A program made the translations under genes and the position numbers. The notes under the pieces were generated by a model. The model saw only the letters and a program-made list of their open reading frames with translations, was not told where the DNA came from and did not search any database. This document shows positions 54,601-64,000 of a stretch of DNA of 64,000 nt, piece after piece. Location of the stretch: NCBI GenBank assembly GCA_012026655.1, contig JAAILG010000206.1, positions 62,001 to 126,000 of the forward strand, in the 5' to 3' direction. Source of the DNA: Hydrolagus affinis. Lineage: Eukaryota. Each line of letters begins with the position of its first letter. Positions within the stretch are counted from its first letter, which is position 1.

Positions 54601-57600
54601 GGTGCAATCTCCTTCTCTAAAATCTTGATGGATGATCTATTTTGCTGAATCAGAGGACGAGGATGTGAAAGATCTTCTGCATAGATACAAGGACAAGAAT
54701 TTTTTCTTAGGCAACAATGGTTTACGTATAATTGTAGGATAAGTTTACAATAAGACAACACTTTCATTATATACCTTATCATATAGAAACAATTAATTAT
54801 AGACCAAAAGTGTTTGATTATGCTTGCATATAAACTGTAATATATATATTTTACAATTTTAATAATAAGTATGGAGATGCTCATCAATATAAGAGAGCAT
54901 AGTTTGATAATATAACGTGACACTTACCAGAATTCCTTGAATAGCCAGAGTTCAGCAGGTTTCTGTTCCACAAGACATAATATTCTGATCACTCTTGCGT
55001 ATGCCAGGGTTAATGTTTCTCCTTGGTCAAATCTATATCTTGCATGGTTGCGTTTATCATATTAAATATCTGGAATCACAGATTCCTTATGCATTTAACA
55101 ATTCAAGCTTTTAGTGACTTTATTTTTTTTTAAAACATTTCAGGAACCATGTTCACAATACTGGGGGTGGGGGGTTAATGCCTGGAAATAGATTTTGCAA
55201 ATTGTTAAGCAAGAACTTTTAAAAACAAAGGAAAATAAATTAAGTTTGGTCACATCGCAATTTATTTCTCAGTGTTGTGATTCACTATTTACCTTGGCCC
55301 TGTGTAAATACACCTGCAATTCACAATGTAAAAATACATTTACACATGGTGCAAAATACAGCTGTGTTTACACACAATGCCAAACATCACACGAGTATCA
55401 TTTTAAGTAATCTTGCAACCAAATTACTGGAAGTTATATTGCTGATAGTAAGCAACGAATGATTACCCGGTCGACAGAAATACTGCAACTGCTGTGGAGA
55501 TTGACAGTCATAGAATTACTGAGCACCAAAACACTATACAATGCATTGTTTGAATGCTGCTACATGGAATACTGACCTAACTCAACTGAAGTCAGGGTGA
55601 TATTCTATTAAGTAGCACTCAACTGAGATTTTGTACAAATGCAGGCAGCCTCCAGTTCTTTTGGAGCAACTAGAGATCCAGTCCTTAAATCAGATGATTC
55701 TCAGCAACCGGTGGTATGAGATGACATTATTTTTCTGCCTTTTTTTAATATAAAATATATATTTATTTTAAAACCTATATATTTTTATCCCCGTGACAAT
55801 ACACGCCAAACAACAGAACAATCTCCACCATGTAAACGTACGCAACAGCCCTGTCTTTATCCTCTCACAAAAAAAATCTTGGTCAAAACAAAAATTTCCA
55901 CCAGCTTTGTGGAAACACAATTCTATTCTCGTTATACTTTTTCTATTTTTTTCTGCCTTTGGTTATCATAATTGTTGACCAAATTGAATGTTTTTAATAA
56001 AGCTTTCCTGTTTCATTAGGAAAGCATGTGTGTAACATCACATCTTATCATAAATGCTACCAGTTTTGTTTAAAAAAAACATATTGGCTGAAATTATCCT
56101 GTCTGTGGTAATGTTACCACTAATAGCAATATGTTTCCTCAGGAGATGATAGTACATTTCATATAATTACTGCCAGTCAGTGTCTTGATGTTGAAGTGCA
56201 CGCTCACATAATGATTTACTGAGCACTAAAACCCAGATTAAAACTCTCACTAAAGATAGCCCAATACTATTTTCATTTTGTTTATATGTATGTTAAACAC
56301 ATAGTACAAGGATAAATAAAACCTGGTACAACATTTATGTTGTTCCTCTAGACTGATGATTAGTAAGAAATCTCGCTCACTTACAGTAAATACAAATCTG
56401 CCATTTATAGAACTGAAATGTAACTAACAATCATCATGATGTAATAAGAGAAGGATTTTAAAACAGTTTTGTTGAAAATAATTGAGTAAAACTAACCTCA
56501 ATAACCTTTTCCTGTATCCTGTAGTACACTTAAAATGACAAGGAATGGAAAATGCACCCTCTCTGTTGTTTTTTTCTAGATTTGGCAAGCCATCAACTAA
56601 ACGTAAAAGATACTGTGTGATATGTTCCAAAACACTCCAGAAACTACATGAGTGAAGATTTGTTTTCACCACAAACCCTTGATCTCCTTAGTAAAGCCAA
56701 CACAAAAATGTCACACACCTAATTTTCTACAAAGTATCTACTGATCTCTTCTTTTAGAGGCCCAACTAACTCTTTTCATATTAGCATTTACAAACATAAC
56801 CACACAAAGTGTTTCAGTCTTCATTAGCTCCAAGATGACTCTTTTTAAAAAAAAAGTTTCTCAGAGTTTTTATTTGTGGTATCTTTCTATCTAAACCAAA
56901 TACATTCTCAATCTCCTTATATTAAATCGAAATGTCTGTGAATCTACTGTGTTCCTTTACCCGTCATGTCAGTTACTTTGACAACTGTATCTCTAAATTG
57001 CCCGATAATCATTTCAAATCTCAATTCAGTCTTTCTACTCTTGAAACATCAAACGCTGCTTTATGTGCAGTTTGGTACAAAGTTCATCAACATGTCAAAC
57101 TTTTCTCCCCCCCCCCCCTCTTACTTTGGGATTGGTGATTATTTGTAGAACAATTTGTTAACCAATACCAAAATATATTATTAGGCCCTGATGAACCCCA
57201 GCGCGTTACACCAGAGCCTGGGACTATCTCAGTAATTGCATCCTCTCCCATCCTAAGTGATCCTTATCCTGCCTGCTTTATTATTGCATAATTGACATCA
57301 TGATGAGTACAGCTCTGTGCGAATTCCATTTAAGGAGTGATTTTTTTTAGAGAAGTTTTTTTTTGCAAGGCTGGTCCTTATTATCTAATTGCTACATCCT
57401 GTAGATGACTTGCTCAAAACAATTTAAGCCAGCTTGTCCATTTCAAGTCAATGCTCTTTAAGAATCAGCTTCAACTTATCCTTGCCCTGAATATCATAAA
57501 CTTCCACGTGAATTAGTTCAGTCATTTTACCGTTGAGTGATGGATCGACCCATTCAATTTCTGTCTAATCTTTCTGGGAAGTAAGACTGGAAGTGGTCTT

Positions 57601-60317
57601 AATGAGTTTGTCCTGATCCTTCTCAACAACTTAAAACTTGCGGGATTAATCCCCTGACTATTATTGGATTGTTGCATTTATTTTGACTTCATTTTTAAAA
57701 AATTGTTCCTGTTCCATTTTATGTAAAAATAGTTTGCTATACAGTATTTATAGCTATTGTGCCCTCCGAGAAATGGATTGGTTCAATCCTGTTCCCATGC
57801 CTTTCAGGCACTTAGAGGCACCACCCAGTCATTTGTGTTCTCCTTTGACTTTTCAGATCAGTGTCAATGTTTTCTCAATTAAAAGAGTTCATGTTCCATT
57901 TCAACTTCACAGGCAAAACACCCCATTCTTGCTTTTTAAAAAAAAAAAAAATGCCAACCCAAGTCCCCTCTAGTATTAATGCATTCATGAAACTGTCCTT
58001 TCCTCTGTACATCATCTCTTCAACCAGTTGTGGAGATTAATTATCAGGCTGTGCCTCTCTTAGGCCCTGTCATCCCCTGAAGGAGCCCAAGTATTAGTAC
58101 CTTTGTCTCCTTATCTCAAAGAATCTTCCACATTCCTTTAAGTTTCCTCTTCAATCGCTTGGACTTCCTAACCATTGAATCAATAATATTATCACTGCAT
58201 TCATGTAAAACTAGAAGTTTCAAGGCACCTGTTTTGCAACATTAAAGTTATGTGGAATACATTTTCTACTGCTAATTGAACATTCATTTTATGTTTAAAT
58301 CTCCCTCCTCCGGTGGGATTATTAAGCAATAATGGCACATCTGAAACTTGATTTACTTGTTTTTGTCCCTGTGTAGATCAATGCACTCAGCCTAATCCTC
58401 ACCCATTTGAAAAACCCCAGGGTCAGAGTTAGGCTGAAATAAAAGCTGACAGGAAGGAAATAACTTATTTTAATATTTCTAGATCAACACAACGATTGGA
58501 ACAGACCTTTGAAAGCACAGCTTCACATCACATGGATTATTTTCTCACAGTCGAGGAAGCAGACGTTACACTCATTTAAATGCACTGTTTTCAGGTAACA
58601 AGATATTGAAGAGTGATTTCAACGTCAAATGAATGTACTGGCAACCCAATAAAAAAAATTATGGTGTAAAGCTCAACAGCAAATGACAGACTCCTTCCTA
58701 CTCTAATAAATGAACACTGGTATAAATTAACACAGTGAAACACTTTTATAGAGCATTTACAGTCAACATCAGGAAAATTGACTCTGCTATTCTTCAGAGA
58801 ACCCAACACTTAAAAGTTTTTTAAAAAATGTTTAAGCACAACCCCCACCACCACCACCCCCCACTCACACACCAGAATTAGTATGTTATCTTTTTCTTAC
58901 ATTCCAGTCACAGAGGTATATTTGCGAATGATTATTCCTTTGAATTATTTGTAAAATGGGGTTTGGAAGGCAGCTATTATGAGCTGCAAAGGAAGTGCCC
59001 CCCACCCAACCCTTCTGTGGTGGGTAATTTAAGACGTTCACACGAACCACACGTTTACACAGTGACGAGATTAAATGGAAAAGCTCAATGTCTACTCATC
59101 ACTGTACTGTATGTGCTGTCTGTCTGGGTGTCTGTCTGTCTGTGACTGTTTGTCTGACCAAACAAGCAAATGTATTGCAAGTGAAAAGACGTGCAAACAT
59201 TTGCCTTCTTAGGATAATCACTTAACAAACCGCTTTTCCTGTTGCACACACACACACACTCCCTCCCTCTCTCTCTCTCTCAATGAACACTCAACTCGGG
59301 TCGCCTTAACCTCGTCAACGTGGGGGATTTGGGGACATGTTAACAGCAAAGCAAAGAGCAGAGGGAAGTTTCCATAGCGGAATTCCACACCAAAAAAATG
59401 TGGTTGGTTGGTTGGTGATTTGTGACAGTGTGTGACAGCATCGGTAGCTCAGTGTGATCGCTTACTGCAACTCACAGATCACTCAGTGGGTTTCCAGCCC
59501 ATTCCAGATTTCATTTTCAAACAAAATTAAGGGAACTAAGTTTATTTAAACTGTGATTTTTTTTAAGGTGAACGTCTGTGTGTGTATGTGTGAGTGTGTG
59601 TATGCCACGTTCCCTTTACTACAGTAATATCCAGACGTGCTGGGGGGTGGGGGTAGTTGAGGGTTCATTGCTCGACAGTGTGAAGAGTCGGTGGTCTCTG
59701 GCACGTTCAGTCAAGATGTGTTTGCCTCGAACCGTGGGTCATGTAGCCAGCCACACAAGCGCGTCTGTTCATCTCCATCGACCCCAATGCATCTCCTTAA
59801 CAAGCAACAATAATCCTGGTCAAATCTTCCACACAGCGAGCAATCCGCCTGACATTACACATGACATCCAGGTGGGAAAGCAAAATGTGATTTTAAAAAA
59901 AAACATATATAATATAATTTTAAAAATATTTTTGCCAGAGGTTTGAATAAAAATGACTTTCAAAAAAAAAGTTTTTAAACGAGGTTAAGTAAAGAGGCGA
60001 ATTCTAACTGGCATAAAGAAACTGCACTTTTAAAGGGAGGTGGTGCTAATATGGATTCGGTTGCCAATAGCTGTGCTGCGTGTAAAGCAGTGAGGCAGAT
60101 ATTCAGTTAGTCAAGTAGTCACAGATGTAGTGTAACCCGGGTGTGTAACTGTCTGTCTCTAGCAAGGTCTAAAGTGGTATCGAGACCGCGCTGGTAGCTC
60201 TCAGGGCGGAGCTGTGAATGCAAATGTGCCAGGAATTAAATCAAAGCCAATGGATCTTGTGTGTCCACGTTGCCAGCCTTCCTTCCTTCCTTTTCCAACC
60301 AGCAGTGAGTCCAGGTT

Positions 60318-60383
60318 TGGTTAGTTATTAGTTAGCTGGCTGGTTGGTTAGTTATTAGTTAGCTGGCTGGTTAGTTATTTAGT
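60318..60383. repeat. Short tandem repeat built of GGTT/AGTT/GGCT units
   Basis: The unit ggttagttattagttagctggct occurs twice, followed by a partial third copy. Confidence 0.75.
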
Positions 60384-61085
60384 TTCCTCTCTCGGCATGT
60401 GGAGCCTAGGTTTACACATAAAACGCTCCATTCCCGACACACCAGACAAAAACACACAAAAACACACTTAATAGAAGCTGCACTACTTTCACGTTTGTCG
60501 CCGTTGTCAGATGCATGAGATTCTTGTTTTTAAAAAAATATATATTATTGTGATTATTATGATTTCCAAAGGCTTCCCTTCCCTCCCTCCCTCCCTCACT
60601 CACTCACTCCATCCACTGTATAACCACTGTTTCATCATCTGGAGTCAATTACGTTATCAGCCAAAAGAATTCACCTCGGGCCTTTGCGGATTCAGCCAGA
60701 ATCGACTTGAAACTTGTAACTCACGTTGTTCTGAGCAGCTTGCAGAATATACAAGTGACTGGAGTGGAGCTGGGCAGTCGAGAGCAAAGGGGTTGTGGGG
60801 GTGGGGGGGGGTTTTGCAACGAACGAGGTAGATAAACAAATCAGTTGATACAGAAATAACAACAAATATCCTTCATTACGAATCCAATTCTTTTGCCCAT
60901 AAATACTATTGCCCATAAATACATACACACAGAGACATATACACACACAGACATGTATACATACACACATATACACACACATTTCCAGAATAGAGCACAC
61001 CAAACAACTCCACAAATAAACTATGTTCTATATCCAATCAGCTTTTGCAAAACACTTCCCGATAAACCATCCCCCTCCCCCCAAT

Positions 61086-61121
61086 AATATATATATATAT
61101 TTATATATATATATATATATA
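61086..61121. repeat. (AT)n microsatellite
   Basis: Interrupted AT dinucleotide run. Confidence 0.9.
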
Positions 61122-63020
61122 GGGCGATGTCTGCATCTATTTCGCTTTATTGCATGTTTGACAATGAGATGGTATCTTTCTTCCGATCGCTCCCCCCCCC
61201 CCACCCCCGCCTCTTACATAAAAACAAGCCAACGCATGATTTCCCCCAATGAAGGGGGGAGGGGGGGTGGGGTTGTCCTGTCGTTGTTAATCCTCCACTT
61301 TAACCCTTTGCAGCAACGCGCTACATCACAACAACAAAAATAACACTGTGATATTAAGAATTAAGGTTTCTTTCTGATCCCTTTCCCCAATCTCACCCGC
61401 ATCTGTGCAGCTCTGTCGCCCAGATATACATCTAATACATCTATATACATATCTACCTATGTTCTCAATCAAGGAATAGTACTTTGGGGGTGGGCAGAGC
61501 TGAATGCACAGTCTGAAAGCTGAAGGAGGAAAACGGGATTGAACGGGTTAACCATTACTCACGAAATACAGTTTTATTAGCAACGCTGAGCAGGAAGTGT
61601 GGATCCTCAGCTGCCATGTTTTTAAATAGAAAGGAAAGAACAGATATTCCGAAAAGATCCCGCTCACCAGCGATTAATCAATCAGATAAAGTGAAATACA
61701 AGTCACACAAAGCACATTGTCATGTAACGGTGTGATAGCCCAGCTCTGTGGTATTGACACGAGTGTAGACTTCAGCAAAGCCCCTACTTGACCTGCCTGC
61801 TCGCCCCCTCTATTCCCCCCCCCACCTCCTCCTCCTTCAATCTCACTGCCCACTGATAACACTCAACATTTGCTGGTCTAGTCAGCCGCCCTTATGTCTT
61901 AAAAGACATTTTACGGGCGTTCAATGAAACCACAGCCACAACAGCTGCAGCATCTGTCTCCCAAGATAAGACGTTTCAGGCAAACAATCACCAGCGACTT
62001 AAAGGTGTGTTTTTCTCTCTCCCTCACTCTAAAAAAAAGTGACTTTCAGCAAAAAAAACACACACACACAGCATTTCCAGCTGACATGTAAACCCACAAC
62101 AATGCTTTCATATGTGGAAAATCACCACCAGTTGCAATAGGATCACACAGGACTCAAAAGAGCTGACATGCACAGACACTAGTAGTGACTTGAGTTGCAA
62201 CTCTACTGACTGACTTGACCGACTGACTACCTGAGCTGCAGTGACTGAACCATCAACGTGTGTTTGTATCCACAACATTACCTGTCGATATCAACACCAG
62301 GAAGGTCAGCACAGCCCAATACCGAGACTGGCTTCTGTGCAATGTAAATAATAACACTTAGAAACCCTGCGATAAACCTTGGGATCACCGACAAAACATT
62401 TGGGGAGGTTTTTTTTGGGGAGGGGTGGGGGGGGGGGGTTCATCTACCTATCCTGTCCAAAGCACTGTCCAAACGTGACTGGGGTGGCAACGAACCAGGA
62501 ATGTTTGTAACCACAATACAGACAGTGTAATGAGCACATCTCTGATACTGACACTAACAGAACGAGGTGGTGGGGGGGTGGGGGGGGGTAAAGCTTACCA
62601 TACTTGAGGTGGGGGGTTAAATATTTAGAATTAGCCTGATTTGCTCTCCCCACGACCAAACGAAGTAGCCGACGGAAGCAAGACAAGCCGGCACACTGTG
62701 CCAAATATGTATCTGCTTTACAAAGCATTGGAAAACGACCAATTTACTCATATCCCGCCGCCACACTTGTCTTGACTGTCTGTCTGTCCAGGTGTAAACG
62801 GTCTCGTTAAACTGCCTCGGAAATGTGTTTGGCAGAATTATAGGTGACATCGATATCGGAAGATTAGTCAGTCACAAGTCACTCGTAACAATTAATTAAA
62901 TCCAACTGAGACATGGGTCCAAGAGATTCTTGCCTACTGTGTGTGTGTGTGTGTGTTTGCTGGGTTATCGTAAGGTGCCCTATACAAACACAGGCTATCC
63001 AATGCTAGGGATTTACTTAC

Positions 63021-63076
63021 GTTTTCACGGGGGGAGAGATGATTCCACGCCTTGTCCTTTGGGCTCCTAAATGCAT
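63021..63076 (-). CDS. col24a1: col24a1 coding exon 1 (MHLGAQRTRRGIISPPVKT)
   Basis: ATG at 63076; 56 nt ending AAAAC|gtaagt (phase 2, fits exon 2). Resembles the recalled human N-terminus MHLRAHRTRRGKVSPTAKT. Confidence 0.92.
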
Positions 63077-63342
63077 TTGTATGCATTTGTCCAAGCAGCG
63101 AAGTCCGAACTGAAAACAGAATTCGACAGCGAAGCTGATTCATATACAGTGTGCATGCAAACCAATGCTGGCGGAACACACACACTCACACACACAGACA
63201 CACACACACACTACCACACCGACACTGAGTCCAGACCTAGCACGTTAGCCACATGTTGCAGACTGGGGGCTGTATGATTTCAGGACTGCATCGTTCCTCC
63301 AAGCAGAGAAGCAACAAACTCTCCCAGACACTGGCGTGGATC

Positions 63343-63390
63343 GGTAGGTAGGTAGGTGGGTAGGTAGGTGGGTAGGTAGGTAGGTGGGTA
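63343..63390. repeat. (GGTA/GGTG)n tetranucleotide repeat
   Basis: ggtaggtaggtaggtgggtaggtaggtgggtagg... Confidence 0.9.
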
Positions 63391-63468
63391 GTTGGATGGG
63401 TGCAGATGCTTTACTGTGGACGAGCAAGCTTTCAGACTGGAGAGAATGGCATGTGGATAATGACAAAC

Positions 63469-63650
63469 TGTGTGTGTGTGTGTGAGAGAGAGAGAGAATG
63501 TGTGTGAGGAGAGTATGTGTGTGTACGTATGAGAGAGAATGTGTGTGTGTGTATATATAAGAGAGTATGTGTGTATAATACGTATGAGAGATACGCGTGT
63601 GTGTGTATGTATGAGAGAGAGAGAGAGTGTATGTGTGTGAGTGTGTATGT
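63469..63650. repeat. Compound (TG)n/(AG)n/(TA) microsatellite
   Basis: Alternating tgtg, gaga and tata runs. Confidence 0.9.
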
Positions 63651-63829
63651 CAGAAGTCTTGTGTTGAGTGTCAGTGTCTTGAATGCCAAGTAAACTGCGA
63701 GCAGCCGCTCCTAGTCCTCCCTGACGCCCCTCCAGGCATTAACTTCAGGAGGTGCCTTAACTTGCCAGTGAAAGGGGGGGGGATTGAGGGAAGGAGATGT
63801 ATTGCTTAGTCGGTGTTAGGTTTCAGCGG

Positions 63830-63856
63830 TGACATCACAGCCCTTATCTGACTTCA
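63830..63856. promoter_or_regulatory. Paired CRE/AP-1-like sites in the putative col24a1 promoter
   Basis: TGACATCA (63830-63837) and TGACTTCA (63849-63856), each one mismatch from TGACGTCA, about 0.75 kb upstream of the ATG. Confidence 0.55.
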
Positions 63857-64000
63857 ATGTGCAGTCTCTCAAAAAGACTTGCTTTGCTCTCGTATTCTCT
63901 CTGCGCTGTCTCCAACCAAGTACTGACTGCATACACACAAGTACTAACTAAACAAGTACAGTACCACTAACAACCCTCCCCCCCACACACACACAACGAC

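Larger units (their letters stand above)
3403..63076 (-). other. col24a1: Collagen type XXIV alpha 1 gene, coding exons 1-12 (3'-partial; continues beyond the left edge)
   Basis: The 12 exons join in frame (56+65+1415+54x4+45+54+45+54+45 = 1995 nt). They encode a signal peptide, TSPN domain, variable region and Gly-X-Y helix. The peptides closely resemble human COL24A1 as I recall it (MHLxAxRTRRG, SHRVNNAFLFSIRNKNRLQ, GLAGPEGNPGPKG). Confidence 0.95.

Noticed and set aside
56385-56404. Mini-exon MADLYL with a phase-2 gtaagt donor
   Set aside because: It is frame-compatible with exon 2 but only 20 nt long, lacks promoter features and is plausible by chance.
57170-58200. Further decayed CR1-like tracts (also about 13000-13260, 15160-15395, 30680-31070, 44120-44590 and 45600-46000)
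   Set aside because: The motifs are suggestive, but the tracts are too degraded to delimit or classify by eye.
60412-60516. MHLTTATNVKVVQLLLSV... as col24a1 exon 1
   Set aside because: It has no good phase-2 donor. The 63076-63021 exon fits far better in sequence, length and phase.
61563-61617. ATG in good Kozak context followed by a gtgagt donor (MAAEDPHFLLSVANKTVF)
   Set aside because: It ends in phase 1, out of frame with exon 2, and I recognise no homology.
1-64000. CRISPR array, prokaryotic operon or defence system
   Set aside because: The sequence is a spliced vertebrate gene with retroposons. There are no regularly spaced repeat-spacer arrays or dense ORFs.

Overview
This is AT-rich vertebrate genomic DNA. 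Its tRNA/Deu-type SINE, L2 and CR1 repeat landscape suggests a cartilaginous fish, possibly a chimaera (inference). The window holds the 5' part of one minus-strand gene, collagen type XXIV alpha 1 (col24a1). I traced 12 coding exons with canonical GT-AG splice sites and consistent phases: 63076-63021, 51653-51589, 40597-39183, then nine 54/45-bp Gly-X-Y exons down to 3403. Together they give 1995 nt (665 codons), and the gene continues off the left edge. The introns contain SINEs, L2 and CR1 fragments, probable hAT-type MITEs and microsatellites. The most notable points are (1) a duplicated start-codon context that opens a spliced, overlapping out-of-frame ORF of 93-112 aa across exons 1-3, (2) a pair of CRE/AP-1-like sites in the putative promoter, (3) a perfect 18-bp inverted repeat, (4) nested retroposon insertions and (5) candidate enhancer and CTCF elements. 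I found no convincing novel multi-gene system. Most ORF-track entries are chance ORFs.
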